From: Octopus vulgaris
Lineage: Eukaryota
Assembly: GCA_951406725.2 (NCBI GenBank)
Contig: OX597816.1
Span: 153,884,001 to 153,948,000 of the forward strand
Length of the DNA stretch: 64,000 bases
Reading direction: 5' to 3'
This document shows, piece by piece, positions 12,551-26,155 of the stretch (its first letter is position 1; every line of letters begins with the position of its first letter). The notes beneath the pieces are model-generated. The model saw nothing but the letters and a program-made list of their open reading frames with translations. It was not told the DNA's origin and did not search any database. The position numbers and the translations under genes were made by a program.

Positions 12551-13394
12551 GAAGATAATGGTAATGATGGTCACAGCAGCAATGATGATGATCCAAACAT
12601 CAACTTAATAATGAGAATGCTAGTTATTTTCAAAATCCATCCTACTTTATTATCTTCAATATTAACTGAAACAAATAGGCAGTATATTTCATTAAAAATA
12701 TGATCACAAAAAAGTTTTAAAAACGTTCAAGCTATTGAGACAATAGTGACCTTTAAAATCAACATTTTTTCAAGAAGACAAAAGGAAATCTATACCTGGT
12801 CACTCGAATTCCTTGAAATAGCAGCCAAGTTTCTCTTGAATAACACTACAATCTTAAAGATGGTCTCATTAAGAAATGTGGTCTACTGTACACAATGTCT
12901 GAAAAAACAGATGAGGACAGTTACAGCTGGAGTGCTTCTGATCATAGAGCTGCTTGATCAGGAATGGCCTAGGGCTAAACAACATTTTTTTAAAGTATTT
13001 TTTTTCTCTCCTCTCTCTGTCACTCATTCAGTCACTCAGCCACTTCCACTCATATATGCAGGACAGTGACACAGCTGGATATTTTTTGACATTGCAAGTT
13101 AAATCAGTCATACAAGTATACTTACACATATCAGTAAAACAGAGTCTTTGGTTACCACTGATATAATTGTCTGAATATATTGTTAACCATAAATTACTCA
13201 TAATCTCCCAAGTTTTCTTTTCTTTCATAACACACTCTCTCTCTCTCTCTCCTTCCCCCTCCTTCTCTCTCTCTCACACAAGCACACATAAAAAGTAAAT
13301 CAATCTTCTATTGATTGCAACTTCCAGTTAGATCAACCTAACCACTACATATTGAATTATAATATGACTGAGTACACTGATAACAGTTTGCATA

Positions 13395-14767
13395 CAGGGC
13401 GTTTGGGCTAAATTTGATGATTTTTTTTTCTGGACAGCTTAATGTATTGGTGAACATTTAACAGTGTTGGAGGGCAAAAAGATTAAAGCTGTGGTTAGCT
13501 GATATGGAGGATTGGAAGTCATGTGAATATTGGAAAAGAGTTATATGTGTCGTGGCAACTCGTACTGGGTATCAAAATGTCAACATTGTGACTGTTATTC
13601 AGTGCTCTGTCATCATCATCATCATCATCGTCTAGCATCCACTTTCCATGCTAGCATGGGTTGGACGGTTCAACTGTGGTCTGGAAAGCCAGAAGGCTGC
13701 ACCAGGCCCAGTCTGATCTGGCAATGTTTCTACAGCTGGATAGTCTGTAATGTCTGTAAAACATGACATGTACAACTGAGACAACAAATCTGTAGCCAGC
13801 AGGGAGGAACACAGAAGGTGTTCTAACTGCATAAGCACACCAAAATCCATCCAACAACTGCAGAACAAGGTGATGGAAGATTTGTGCAAGGGAATCCAGG
13901 CTTTGGCAACAGATAGGTGCTGGAGTTACTACCATAGAGCTGACTCTGAATAGGGACCTTCGCTACCACTCATACAAAAGGTGCAAGGGACAAATTCTGA
14001 CAGTTAAGGCTAAGGAAAACTGCTTGACCTTGACCAAAGAAGCTTCTGAACAAGCTGAAGCATCCTGTTGAGCCAAGGATGATCTGGTTCTTCTCAGATG
14101 AAAAGGACTTCTGCCAGGATCAGTTTCACAATACCCAAAACAACAGTTGGCTTGCCTACAAGTCATGTGATACTCCACATATCATGAAAACTAAGTTCCC
14201 CCAAATTGTGATGGTCTTTGTATGTATTTCCAGTGAGGGTGATGTCATGCTACTCCACATTTTTGAACAAGACCTTAGGCACATTTCAGACCGCTATGTG
14301 AAGCTGCTAGGGACTGTGGTTAAATCCCAGATGGTGAGGGTTGCTGCAAGAAGGCCATATGTGTGACAGCAGGATTCAACTCCTTGCCATACCTCTAGAA
14401 AGCGTCAGAAGTGGTAGTCAGAGAATTTCTATGACTTCACCAGCCCTAATTTCTGGCCTCCTAATTCCCCTAATTGTAATCCCATGGAATACTATGTGTG
14501 GAGTGCATTTGAGAAAGACACCAAGGCCAAGCTGGTGGCCAAAATCGAGGTGTTCAAAGATCTCCCCTAGGATATAGTGAAGAGCACATGCACCAGAATG
14601 CAGAGTCATCTTGAGGCCATAGTGGAAGATTAGGGTCACTAATTTGAGTAATCTGTTATCTCCCAACCATAATCTAGTTGATTTTTTTTAAAGCACTTTT
14701 ATTTTTGGATGGGATTTTGTTTTCTTTTCCTTTTATGCAAACTGTTAAATTTAGTCCAAATATCCTG
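13395..14767 (+). mobile_element. Tc1/mariner (maT-like, 37-residue spacing) transposon relic, interrupted by an RTE tail at ~13611-13745
   Basis: Imperfect ~23-bp TIRs (cagggcgtttgggctaaatttga / ttaaatttagtccaaatatcctg), 5' TA. Motifs FFSDEK, QQDSTPCH, WPPNSPNCNPMEYYVW, with stops. Confidence 0.9.
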
Positions 14768-17700
14768 GAACATTTGGGTAGAGCCATCATGACAGTGTGA
14801 CACGATTTGCTCCATGAAAGGGGTTCCACATACTTTCTGTCTATTCAGTTCCATTCATATGGCTTGAATCAACTCAAGACTTTGATAAAAGACATTTGCC
14901 CTGGTTGCCATGCAACCAGATGTTTAAGATAAGAAGAAACTGGGAAATAAATAGTTATTCTCACCTGGAATGGATGCCACTTTGTAGATTTTACATCCGC
15001 CTGACATAAATATGTCATGTTTACTATGAAGTGGGAGGGGGGGTCTCTTTATTAATTACTGAAGTAAAATAGCTGAGATTGAGAATTGTAATTGACTTTA
15101 ACTCTATTTTTCTTTCCTTTTATATTGATTTCATAAATTTCAAAGAGTAGACTACCATTAATTGAATCAGTTATAGTATATGATTGGTGCTCACTTAATA
15201 ATTCCATCAAGATTTGAACTCAGAATCATCATTATCATCAAATATCTATTTTTCATATTAGCATGGGTTGGACAGTTCGACAGGAGTTGGAGAGCTGCAC
15301 CAGTATTTAGTTGTCTGTTTTGGTATGGTTTCTACAGCTAGATACCCTTCCTAATACCAATCACTTTACAGAATGTACTGGGTGCTTCTCACATGTCACT
15401 AACACAGGTGCATTTTATGTGGAACTGGCACTGAACATGCAGAGAGATAAAAGTAAATCACTCTATGGTATTTAGTTTGGCATTCCATTATTTCTACTTT
15501 TTCTCTGCCTTCAGAGAACTTCACTCAGCTGAAGGAGATCGTAGTCGTGTGAGCTGCATGCCAACCTCACTAATGCTAGTATTATGAAAATGTGAACTCA
15601 ATATATTCTGTTAAGTGGTTTGCATTGAGAAGGCCATCAAGCTGTAGAAAGCATGCCAAAGCAGACATCTGAAGACAACAGAGTCCTTAGATCTGTTGGA
15701 TCCTGTCAAATTGTCTAACTCATGCATTATGTAGTGTCTTTTTTTTTAAGATAGTATGGTGGGATTTGAGGGAGATTTGGCTACTCTTTCTAACAAGTAC
15801 AACATGTAGAGGCTCTTCTCTTTGGCTTTGGGTTAAAGCTAATAGCATCAGTGATATCCCCATGTCAATTATAGACTGCTGTCTAAATTTCCAACCACCT
15901 CAGTGTTATTCAACAAACTGAAGCAACCCTCTTAACTGTGCTATTATATATTCATTGATAATGCAGGAAACATCAACATGACGGTAAACCAAAGAAGAAT
16001 GGAGCTTGACATTTAAAAAATGTGTAAGATGGCTATGTGGTTAAGAAGTTCACTTCTCAAACATTTGATTTTGGGCAAGCATTGTTCTAGTGTAGTTTCA
16101 GGCTGATTAACACCTTGTTAGGAAAATTTTGTAAATGGAAACTGTGAAAATATCATTTTAAGTTTGTTTTCCATATTGGAAAACAGACTTGGACAGGTCA
16201 TCAGGATTCAATTCATTTCTTATTCAGAGTTAATGCTCTTCTACAGGAGCATTTCTTACTCATAGATAACATTTTTGGCATGGTTTTTATAGGTGCTTGC
16301 CTTTCTAATACTGATCTCTTTCTGAGACAAACATGAATGAGTGTGTGAACAGAAAGTGATGACCAAGAGTGGGAAAAGGAGAGAGTATGAATATGAGTGT
16401 GATGTTAGAGGAGGGATAGAGTATATTTATGTGTATGTCTGTGCCTATCAGTATAAACTACTGTGTTAAGTTTCATCCCTTTTATGTTAGAAATCAATAA
16501 AATAAATTCCAAACTAAAATAAAAATTGGGGTTGATATAATTAACTAAAACCCTTCAAGGTAGTGCCCCTGCATGGGCACAGCCCAGTGAACGAACCAGT
16601 AAAAATTCGAAAGTTTTATTTTAAAAAAAGTGACCTAACTATATTTTTAAAGATATATTTATTAATCTTATCTCAACTCTCTAGGTTTAAGTAGTGTGTG
16701 TGTGTCTTTCTCTCTGAACACAGATGTTGTCTTTCCTCAAAGAAAAACATGAAATAAATAGGACAGATAAAGACTTTCATGTGAGCTGAGTGAGCAACTA
16801 TGTAAAAGCTCCCTCGTCATTGTGTTGTGTTCAAGATATCTTTCGAAGTAATATACATTTAAGATATAAATATGTTTAACTGACTGACTCATACTGTTCT
16901 GACTTTAATTAGCATTTCATTGTGTTGTTATTTAACTACAAATTAGCCTGATGATCGAATGTGTTCCAGCCATAAAAAACATCTACAATACCCAATGAGC
17001 CCTTTTTTAAAAATAACAGTAGAGTCTGATCTATGGGAATTAGTTGCTATTTCTATCATGTCTTGTCACCACATAGAGACAGCTTCTTACTTAAACCACA
17101 ATCCTATTTCTAAAACCCATCCCATTTAAGCTATGTGAAAATTGAATGGTGAGTAATATATGAATCAGAGATAGCGTGACTTGTTAGTTTAAGTGTTGGC
17201 AACTCATAGCCCTTCTCGTTAACTGTTTTTACTCAGTCTACCTATCTGTAAAATAAGAATCAATCACAAGCCAAGATGCCTTTATATAGTTGCTCAGTCT
17301 GCTAGAAATAGCAATCAGACTTTTATCAAACTATATTTTTCAATCTTAAAGAAATATGGGATACATTGGATAATGTAGTTGTACATGCAATTGACAGGAT
17401 GGCTATAACTTCAACACTTTTGATCATAATGCTGCTCAATCTAAGCTGAACTAGAACTAAACAGCAAGCATTAACCATGTGCATATCAAGCAGATCTTTT
17501 CAGTTTGACACACTTCTTCCAGTTGTATTCAAAATTTCTATATGGTGTAGTTTTTCATTCCAATTACAAAAATCACAACTTTTTTTTTTAAGAAATTAAT
17601 GAAAAATGTTACAAATGGTCATGTGGTTTCAGGTTCAGTCTCACTACATTGTACCTGAAGCAAGTGTCTTCTGCTATAGCCCTAGGCCAATCAATGTCTT

Positions 17701-17929
17701 GTGAACAAATTTCATTGATAAAAACTGAAAGAAGCCTGTCATGTATATGTGTGTGTGTGTGTGTGTGTGTGAAGTGAAAGCGTATAGAAAATGCACAAAC
17801 AAAAATTAAAAAACATAATGAATGCACAGGTGAACGGGAAATGTATAGTGAGTGCACAAACGGACAGAAAACAAAAACATTCCCTAATTCTTCATCAGTT
17901 ATCAACCAGATGGTATTTCTCAGTTTTTT

Positions 17930-18510
17930 ACCATTTTGTCCTTGAAAAGACAAAAGGCAAAAACAACTTCAACAGAATTTGAACTGAGAATGTAAAGAAC
18001 TGTAACAGATATTGCAAAAACATTTTTCTAATGCCCTTACAATTCTGCCAGCTTTCCACACTAATAATAATAATAACAGTAGTTTCAAATTGTGGCACAA
18101 GACTAGCAGTTTTCAGGGTTGAGGTTAGTCAATTACATCAACCCCAGTTTTCAATTGGTACTTACCTTATTGACCTTGAAAAGATGAAAGGCAAAGTCAG
18201 CCTCAGCAGCATTTGAACTTGGAACATAAAGATGGACAAAATGCCACTGAGCATTTTGTCTGGTGTGCTAACAATTCTTCCAGCTCACCACAATAATAAT
18301 AATAATAGTCCTTTCTACTATAGGCGCAAGGCCTGGAATTTGGGAAGAGGGGACAGAACAAGTCAATTTCTTATCAATCCTGAAGCGACAAAAGGCAAAA
18401 TCAACCTCAGCAGAATTTGAACTCAGAACATAAAGACAGATGAAATGTCACTCAGCATTTTGTCCAGTGTGCTAATGATTCTGCCAGCTCACTGCCCTAA
18501 TAATAATAAC
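17930..18510 (-). mobile_element. Head-to-tail cluster of about 3 SINE family B copies separated by (AAT)n
   Basis: Repeated aaaggcaaa..caacctcagcagaatttgaactcagaacataaag..ttctgccagctc blocks. Confidence 0.8.
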
Positions 18511-18822
18511 ATGGTGATCTTGAACCTACTCATGATACTTGATAGAAACAGGTATAGCTATGGGATTAAGAAATTTTCTTTGCAGCTGCCTGGTTTCAAA
18601 TTCAGTTCCATTGTGTGGCATATTTGGCAAACACACTCTGAGATTAACATAGTTAATTGCCTATTTTTAGCACTGACATCTGGCCCTTTGGTGGTTTGTC
18701 AGAGTTCATTGTCACAAATATTTGATCCAGGCCTCTGATTTGAGAATAACCCTTCCCCACTCCTACAAGCCACAGATACCCTGATAAAATTAATGAATGA
18801 ACATTAGTATCATTCTCTAAGT

Positions 18823-19452
18823 CAAGTGTTTTCAAACTTTTCCTTCCAGCATACCCCTTTATCATGTGCATCTGTGTTGATGTACCTTGTGAAGAATATA
18901 TTGAAAACTGTTTGGGTGCTGTTGTGCAAACAATAAACATGTCTTACTTATTAATGTTATTTAATTTAATGTGTTCAAATCCTGTTGTGGTCAGCTTTAA
19001 CTTTCATCTTTCTGAGGCGGAGGGTCAATAAAATAAAGTACCAGTCAAGTACTTGAGATAACTGTTCTTTCCCTCAAAATATCTGACGTTGTGCCTATGT
19101 AAGAAATTAGTTTAGATTTAATGTTACATTTTTAATGAGGTGGATGACCTTGGCTTTTTCTAACATGTAACTCAATTCTAAGTACAGTTTCATAGATACA
19201 CACCTGCATATCATTGTCAATTGGCAGTCTTAAATGAAATTTGTTTTCACTTAAAACATTGTTGGAAACTTTGTTCACAAAGTTAAACAGATCAGAACAA
19301 CAGAAGGCTTTACATGCATTTTCTGTATACACAAGTTTCTTTTAGTTGGTTTTGATTATTTCAAAATTCTAGGGTTTTTATGAGCTTCATATACCCTGTG
19401 TCTTTTCTTGCATACCTCTGGGAGTGCACATATCCTGGTTTGAGAACTTCTC
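18823..19452. mobile_element. Non-autonomous hAT element with nested SINE fragment
   Basis: Termini caagtgttttcaaac / gtttgagaacttctc. 8-bp TSD ctctaagt/ctttaagt with one mismatch. Confidence 0.6.
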
Positions 19453-19809
19453 CTTTAAGTCATGTTTAAAGATATTTATACAAGAAACCTATTTAACAAA
19501 GTTGGTAGTACACACCATTTCATAAAATAAATGTCATATTTTTATGTAACATAATCGTAAGTGCAGTATCTTCTGAAACAGGATATACTGAGTCATATCA
19601 TTGCATAAATTTGAATGCTTTAAAAACAGATTAACAACCAGAGTACATGAGATAAGCAGTAAAACAGAAATAGTGCAAAAGTATAGTAGTTAATGGTGAT
19701 ACATCCTGAAAAGTTGACTCATACCAACTATATATCCTTTGTAAATACACTACATGAAAAAAAGCAATAAATTTTTTTTTTTTTTTTTTTTTTTATCTTA
19801 TCACTTCAG

Positions 19810-19898
19810 GTTTCAGCCAGATGTGCTATACTGCTGTAGCAAATTTAACTTTTCAAAACCAATCACATCCTGATCAGAAATTCATGTTTTCAAAAAAG
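19810..19898 (+). CDS. ASH2L: ASH2L exon, start of winged helix: SFSQMCYTAVANLTFQNQSHPDQKFMFSKK
   Basis: Poly-T...cttcag acceptor and gtaatt donor. Matches EMCLSALANLTWQ...MFSKDK. Phase consistent. Confidence 0.92.
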
Positions 19899-20118
19899 GT
19901 AATTTTTTTTAACAGTTATCTATGTGTTTCCTTGTAATAGTTTGGAACTCAAGACAGCCTATATGAGCTGTGTGTAAAAACAAAAAGTAATGGTATATGG
20001 CAGTGAAACATAAACAGTGATTGGAAAGAGAGAAATAAGTGGATAGTTTGCACATAGTCTGACCAGTTGTAAATTATGATTGATAGTTTAAGATAGGCAA
20101 TTTCACTTTGGTGTGTTA

Positions 20119-20345
20119 CATCATCATCATTTAACATCCCCTTTCCATGCTGGTATGGGTTGGACACTTTGACAGGTCTGGCAAGCCAGTGGGCTGCACC
20201 AGGCACCAATCTCATCTAGCAATGTTTCTACAACTGGATGCTCTTCCTAATGCCAACCAATCCAAGAGTGTGGTGGGTGCTTTTTATATGCCAGTATCAC
20301 GGCACTGGCATCGACCACATTCAGATGGTGCTTTTTTACATGTGG
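20119..20345 (-). mobile_element. RTE-tail element (2 units)
   Basis: Same family as 9431-9810. Confidence 0.8.
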
Positions 20346-20464
20346 AAATTAATTGTTTAATACAGATCAGATTTAATCAAACAAACCTATGATTAACAGT
20401 GCTTCAAGTGTGATTATTTCTTATACTTTTAATTATAGTATATCTAAGACTGTGTTATTCAATA

Positions 20465-20742
20465 CGGTTCTATATTTAAGAGATGAGGAATTATGTACAT
20501 TATTTACATTTGACAGATATTTGTCCTCATCTTGTTTGTTGTTAACACATTTCGGCTGATATATCCTCCAGCCTTCATCAGATGCCCATAGGCATATGGC
20601 GTAGTGGTTAAGAGTGCAGGCTACTAACCCCAAGATTCTGAGTTCGATTCCAGGCAGTGACCTGAATAATAATAATAATAACATCAAAAAATACCTTAGG
20701 AATGAGAACCCATTTTCGAAAATTACCCAAGACACCTAATGA
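20465..20742. mobile_element. Composite element: inverted Penelope-type tail with hammerhead core, tRNA-derived head, (AAT)n, direct tail start
   Basis: Minus-strand CTGATGA-AGGCTG..CAGCC-GAAA at 20550-20581. A and B boxes TGGCGTAGTGG and GAGTTCGATTCC at 20597-20652. Homologous copy at 40410-40560. Confidence 0.65.
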
Positions 20743-21094
20743 TACATTGAAGAGTATCATTTAAGGGACACTTGGTTACTGATTTTATCTGGTCAAACAA
20801 CTTCATGGATTTGTGATTTGAAGATTTTTTTTTTCAACCCCACATCAACTTTGGTTCAGCTGGCCAATGATCAAAGGTATTCCATCTGTATCTACTTTGT
20901 CTTTTTATGGATAGTCAAAGATTATAATATACAGTGCATCTCTTCCTTAATGGTAGTGGTGAGGTGATTGCTATTTGTAGCAAGTCAAGTGAATATACTG
21001 AGATTCCTGTTTATTCCCATATTTTATATCCTAGCCTTCTACAGACTAGATTTTCATTTGGAAAGCTAGTACAATTGTTTAAGTGGGCTAAAGC

Positions 21095-21128
<34 letters not shown>

Positions 21129-21620
21129 TAAATAGAGAAATTGTTGTGGTATACAGTGTGTTTGGGCATTTTCTGTATTGTCCATCTTGTCATTGTATTC
21201 CTGCAGGTTCAGCTGTGGACACATTTGTTTGGCTTAATGGAATTAGCAGCTAAATCTCCCATACATACTTCCTACAGAAAAAGATAGGATAGTCGTTTCT
21301 GCTGATGGTGGATAGCTTTTATCACCTATGGCATAGTTAACCACACGTTAAAGCACGACCTACATAAAAGAGCTGCAAACAAGGTATTCCAAACTGCTTC
21401 TCAGTTGTGTAGTTGCTGTTGTTCATGATTATAATGTTGAAGATGATGGTAGTAGTTATTTTAGATTGAGTTGATAGTTAAAGTGTTATCACATACATAT
21501 CTAAAATTATCAGTGTAAGCATATGAAATTACATTTATGGTCATAGACGTAATGAAGAGTTGTAAATTTCACTGGGTTATTAAACTCTTATCTTTTTTTT
21601 ATTTTCTTTTTTTTTTTCAG

Positions 21621-21716
21621 GACATTATTCCCTATATAGATAAGAACTGGGAGAGTCTGACTACTATGCCACGACGAATTAAACCAACATGGCACACAAC
21701 TATAGTTAAGACAATG
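21621..21716 (+). CDS. ASH2L: ASH2L exon, winged helix: DIIPYIDKNWESLTTMPRRIKPTWHTTIVKTM
   Basis: tttttcag acceptor and gtgagt donor. Matches [32 protein letters not shown]. Confidence 0.95.
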
Positions 21717-21764
21717 GTGAGTTTACTGAGTGATGACGATGATGATGATGAGGAGGAGGATTAA

Positions 21765-22165
21765 GCTAGCAAGATGACAGAATCATTAATACATTAGACA
21801 AAATGCTTAACATTTCTTCCAGCTCTTTATGCTCTGTGCTCAAACACTACTGGTTAACTTTGCCTTTCATCCTTTCAGGGTTAATAAAATAACTACCATT
21901 TAAGCACTGGGGTCAATGTAATCAACTTGCTTCTCTCCTCAAAATTGCTGGCCTTGTGCCAAGAATTAGAAAGGATTATGGCAGTGAACTGGTAGAATTG
22001 TTAGCTTCACATTCTTAGTTCAGATTCCGCCAAGGTTGACTTTGCCTTTCATCCTTTTGAGATCAATGAAATTAAGTATCAGTTGAACACTGAGGGTGAT
22101 ATAATTGACTTGTTCCCTTTCCCAAAATTTTAGGCCTTGTGCCTATAATAGAATGGATTATTATT
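21765..22165 (+). mobile_element. Two tandem SINE family B copies
   Basis: gttgactttgcctttcatcctt...gcactggggtcaatgtaatc...ggccttgtgcc, repeated. Confidence 0.8.
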
Positions 22166-22345
22166 ATTCTTTACAACTGAGGTTTTGTTGGAACTCCTGG
22201 AGTCTTGCATGCGTAGCAGGCTTGCTGTCTGCAGCCTATGGTACCATACTATCTGTTCTTTTCAATTATCTAATACTTTCATGATTATTCTGGCTGTGCC
22301 AAGGAGGTAAACCATTTGTAACAGTTCTATTTTTATTATTATTGT
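22158..22345 (-). mobile_element. Dong/R4-clade LINE 3' end
   Basis: Minus frame IELLQMVYLLGTARIIMKVLDN*, flanked by (TAA)n. Confidence 0.7.
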
Positions 22346-22366
22346 TAAAGTAAAATACTGCTAGTG

Positions 22367-22397
<31 letters not shown>

Positions 22398-22687
22398 ATC
22401 CAAACACAACAATGCGAGGATGTGGAACAAGTATAGTGTTATTGGACACTCAGGAAAGGAAAGAAAGAAAGAGGATTTAACGTTTTGATTGGAGCTCTTT
22501 GTCAGAAACATAGCAAAAGGAAAGGTCCAAGGAAGAAAAGACGGAGAAAGAAAATCGCCAACGATACACATGTGGTCACATATATATATATAAAAGCACC
22601 CAGTTCACTCTGTAAAGTGGTTAGTGTTCAATTGGGAAGCAAATTTCTTAACCATACAACCATTCCTGTGCCTGACATATTTGTGTA

Positions 22688-22904
22688 CAAGGGGGTGCTG
22701 GAAAGTTCCTGGCTTTGGGTAAAAGAAAATACAGGAGGATCAGTTAATTATGATTTTATTCAACATACTGCCATCTCAAATTCACACACTTATTTCAGCA
22801 AACCTTCTGTTTTTCTAAACCCTGTAAAAGCACTCAGTAGGTTGGGCTTCCAACCAGGACTTTCATGATACCCTCAAAACAAGGAACTTTTCAACACCCC
22901 CTTG
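22688..22904. mobile_element. Mariner-type MITE (~217 bp)
   Basis: TIRs caagggggtgctggaaagttcc / ggaacttttcaacacccccttg, TA on the left flank. Confidence 0.8.
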
Positions 22905-22943
22905 TGTATGTGTGTGTGTTTGTGTGTGTGTGTGCATACGTGC

Positions 22944-23315
22944 ATCATCATCATCATCGTTTAGCGTCCGTTTTCCATGCTAGCATGGGTTGGACGGTTC
23001 TACTGGGGTCTGTGAAGCCAGAAGGCTTCATCAGGCCCAGTCAAATCTGGCAGTGTTTCTACGGCTGGATGCCCTTCCTAACGCCAACCACTCCGAGAGT
23101 GTAGTGGGTGCTTTTTACGTGCCACCCGCACAGGTGCCAGACAGAGCTGGCAAACGGCCACAAACGGATGGTGCTTTTTATGTGCCACCGGCACAAGGGC
23201 CAGGCGAGGCTGGCAACGGACACGAAACGGGGCGGTGCTGGCAACGGTCGCGAAACGGAAGGTTCTCTGACATGCCACCGGCACTGGTAACACATCTGCA
23301 ATTTCCATTGATCGA
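22944..23315 (-). mobile_element. RTE-tail element (about 3 units)
   Basis: Highly similar to 9431-9830. Confidence 0.85.
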
Positions 23316-23533
23316 TTTCCATTTCTGATGTGTGTGTATTAATGAAATTCCAACTTATTCTGATTTTCACAGTTGTCAACTGTGGAACACTACTGTCACT
23401 ATATAAACCTGATGAAAGTATTAGTTTACTTCAGTATTGTAAAACTTTAGGAATTGCAAATAATAAAACATGAAAATCAGGCTAAGCTGGAATTTCATTG
23501 ATTAATATATTGTTCTATGCACACTGATACAAA

Positions 23534-23610
<77 letters not shown>

Positions 23611-24538
23611 ACATATAACATATAGCTATCATCCACAAGCAAAATATGACTAGTGACATGTACCATGCTTTTGCTAATTGTTTTAGGTACTCGTGTAGTC
23701 ATGAACTCACATAGACATCTTCTCTGGCCACTCCTTGACACTACAACTGGGAGGAGACAATGATGCACTGGTATTTATATTTGCATGCAGTAGTCTTACT
23801 CATAGTTGTGTCAGCTTCCATCATATATATATACACTCAACTGGAACCAGGTGCAGCTCACCAGCCCTAGCCAAGTTGTCCAACCCATGCTAGCATGGAA
23901 AACAGATATGAAATGGTGGTGATGATGATGATGAGGATGATGAATATATCATAGTGTTAACCGTCAGAATAAAGAGTACTTAGTACCATAGTTGAGATTA
24001 ATAATATATTTTATTTTGGTTGAGTTGCTCCTTTGCTATTCAGTTTCACTTGTGAGTACACAGGGTCTTTGAGCAAGTTCCAGCTGACTTGTAATTTGCC
24101 TGAAGACCCTGTGCACTCACAGGCGAAACTCAGAGTAACGAGAGATTGACTCAACTAAAATATAATTTATTGTGTGTGCACACACACATACACACACATC
24201 CATACATATATATGTGTGTAACTTGACTGACAAAAACTTAGTGTAGGCCAAAGATGAAGGTCACTGCTTAAAGAAGTGACATGTATATATATAGATATAT
24301 ATACTATGTAGATAACACATCCCCACCCCCAGTAACATACCTTGTCCCATTCAGCACTACTGATTGTCACACTACTTTGTTGCCAGTTAAATGGCTCCCC
24401 TTCTCCTCTCTAGATATACAGCATAATCCTTCTGTCCAAGAATCCTTCACCTCTATGCTTGGGAAGGATATAAACTAATAGAACTATAAGAAAAGACAAG
24501 TAGGAAAATTTTGTTTTTACTTTTTGTTACTGTTATAG

Positions 24539-24610
24539 ACCAAAGACGCTGATATTTTTATGTGCAGTGAAGAAATTCCTGGAGATCCTCATTTTGGCCT
24601 TGTAAATTCT
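24539..24610 (+). CDS. ASH2L: ASH2L exon: TKDADIFMCSEEIPGDPHFGLVNS
   Basis: tgttatag acceptor and gtgagt donor. Matches SKERDVF...PKFGLLDQ. Phase 0/0. Confidence 0.9.
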
Positions 24611-24661
24611 GTGAGTACTTCATACTGTTTATATATACAATATTTCTTTCTTTCTGTCCCA

Positions 24662-25048
<387 letters not shown>

Positions 25049-25070
25049 ATAACCTTTGGTTTATGTAAAT

Positions 25071-25297
25071 CAGTGGTTTTCAAGCATTTTTTACTTTTGG
25101 ACCCTCATAGCCATTTGATGTTTAAAAGATACTTTATTGTATATCTATAATTAAATATTATTAGGAATTGTATAAAAAAAATTGGTAAAATATTTTGTGT
25201 ATTGTGGAAGTATAATAAATTTATTGCTCATAAATTTTAAGAACAAAATCTTATATGGATTCCCAAGGGCCATATAGACTCCAGATGAGACCCACTG
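25071..25297. mobile_element. hAT MITE
   Basis: cagtggttttca...tgagacccactg termini with a perfect 8-bp TSD ATGTAAAT. Confidence 0.85.
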
Positions 25298-26055
25298 ATG
25301 TAAATGAATGGTGAACATGGAAAAATAAAAATATCAAAAGAACTAGAATTCAAGGAACCTGAATAGTGATGGTGGTCTGTTTCACCAAAAATTGTTTTAA
25401 AAACCTACAAAATTGATAACAAGAAATATTTGTTTGCCTTGAGAAGAAGCAAGTGCTAATGCCCATATCTTCAATGACAAGCCCTTATCTAAAACTTCAG
25501 AATTCAATTCTTCAAGGAAAATTAAACAAAGTACTCGAAGTGTTACTTGCTGATAATAAATTTATCTTTCCATCTAAATTCAGTAACAGTTATTTCAATG
25601 ATTTATAAAAATGTAAGAAATACTGACATCATGAAACAGATAAATTTCATAAGAAAGATTATGACAATAATGCAGTGTAGAAGGGGTGGGGGCTTCTGAT
25701 AAGCCAAACTTGCAACCTGCTTTTGATTCCTGTGAATGTTGTTGTTGCTAATCATGCAGACTTATGATCAGTTGTACCATCCCGTGGCAATGTATTGAGA
25801 GCCTTGCTATCCAGTTCATCCCTCTTTTAAGACTGTAGAGTTGATGGCAATTTGGCTGCTATTTCTAGCAAATCAAGCAACTTTGTGAAGGCTCCTTTAA
25901 TTCAAAGAGCTGTATGTGGGATGGGGGTTGCAGGATTTGGCAGAAATTACCACATTTACCTTGTTTCTCAGTTTTTTATATATTTAAGTATAAGTTAATG
26001 TAATATTTATGTACTTAATATTCTTTTTCTCTTTCTGTTTGATTTTTGATTAAAG

Positions 26056-26155
26056 GACTTGGAGAAAATTAGTCCAAATTATGACCTTATAAAGAGTATC
26101 ATTATGAACAAAGGTGCTGATCCAAAGGGCAGCAGTGGTTTATCAGAAGGGCCAA
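26056..26155 (+). CDS. ASH2L: ASH2L exon: DLEKISPNYDLIKSIIMNKGADPKGSSGLSEGP
   Basis: ttaaag acceptor and gtgagt donor. Matches DLSNIGPAYD. Phase 0/1. Confidence 0.88.

Noticed and set aside
20590-20660. Possible tRNA gene
   Set aside because: A and B boxes are present, but there is no convincing acceptor stem or cloverleaf and it is embedded in a repeat. Treated as a SINE head.
23409-23440. ctgatga followed by a short hairpin
   Set aside because: No GAAA follows the stem, so it is not a hammerhead core.
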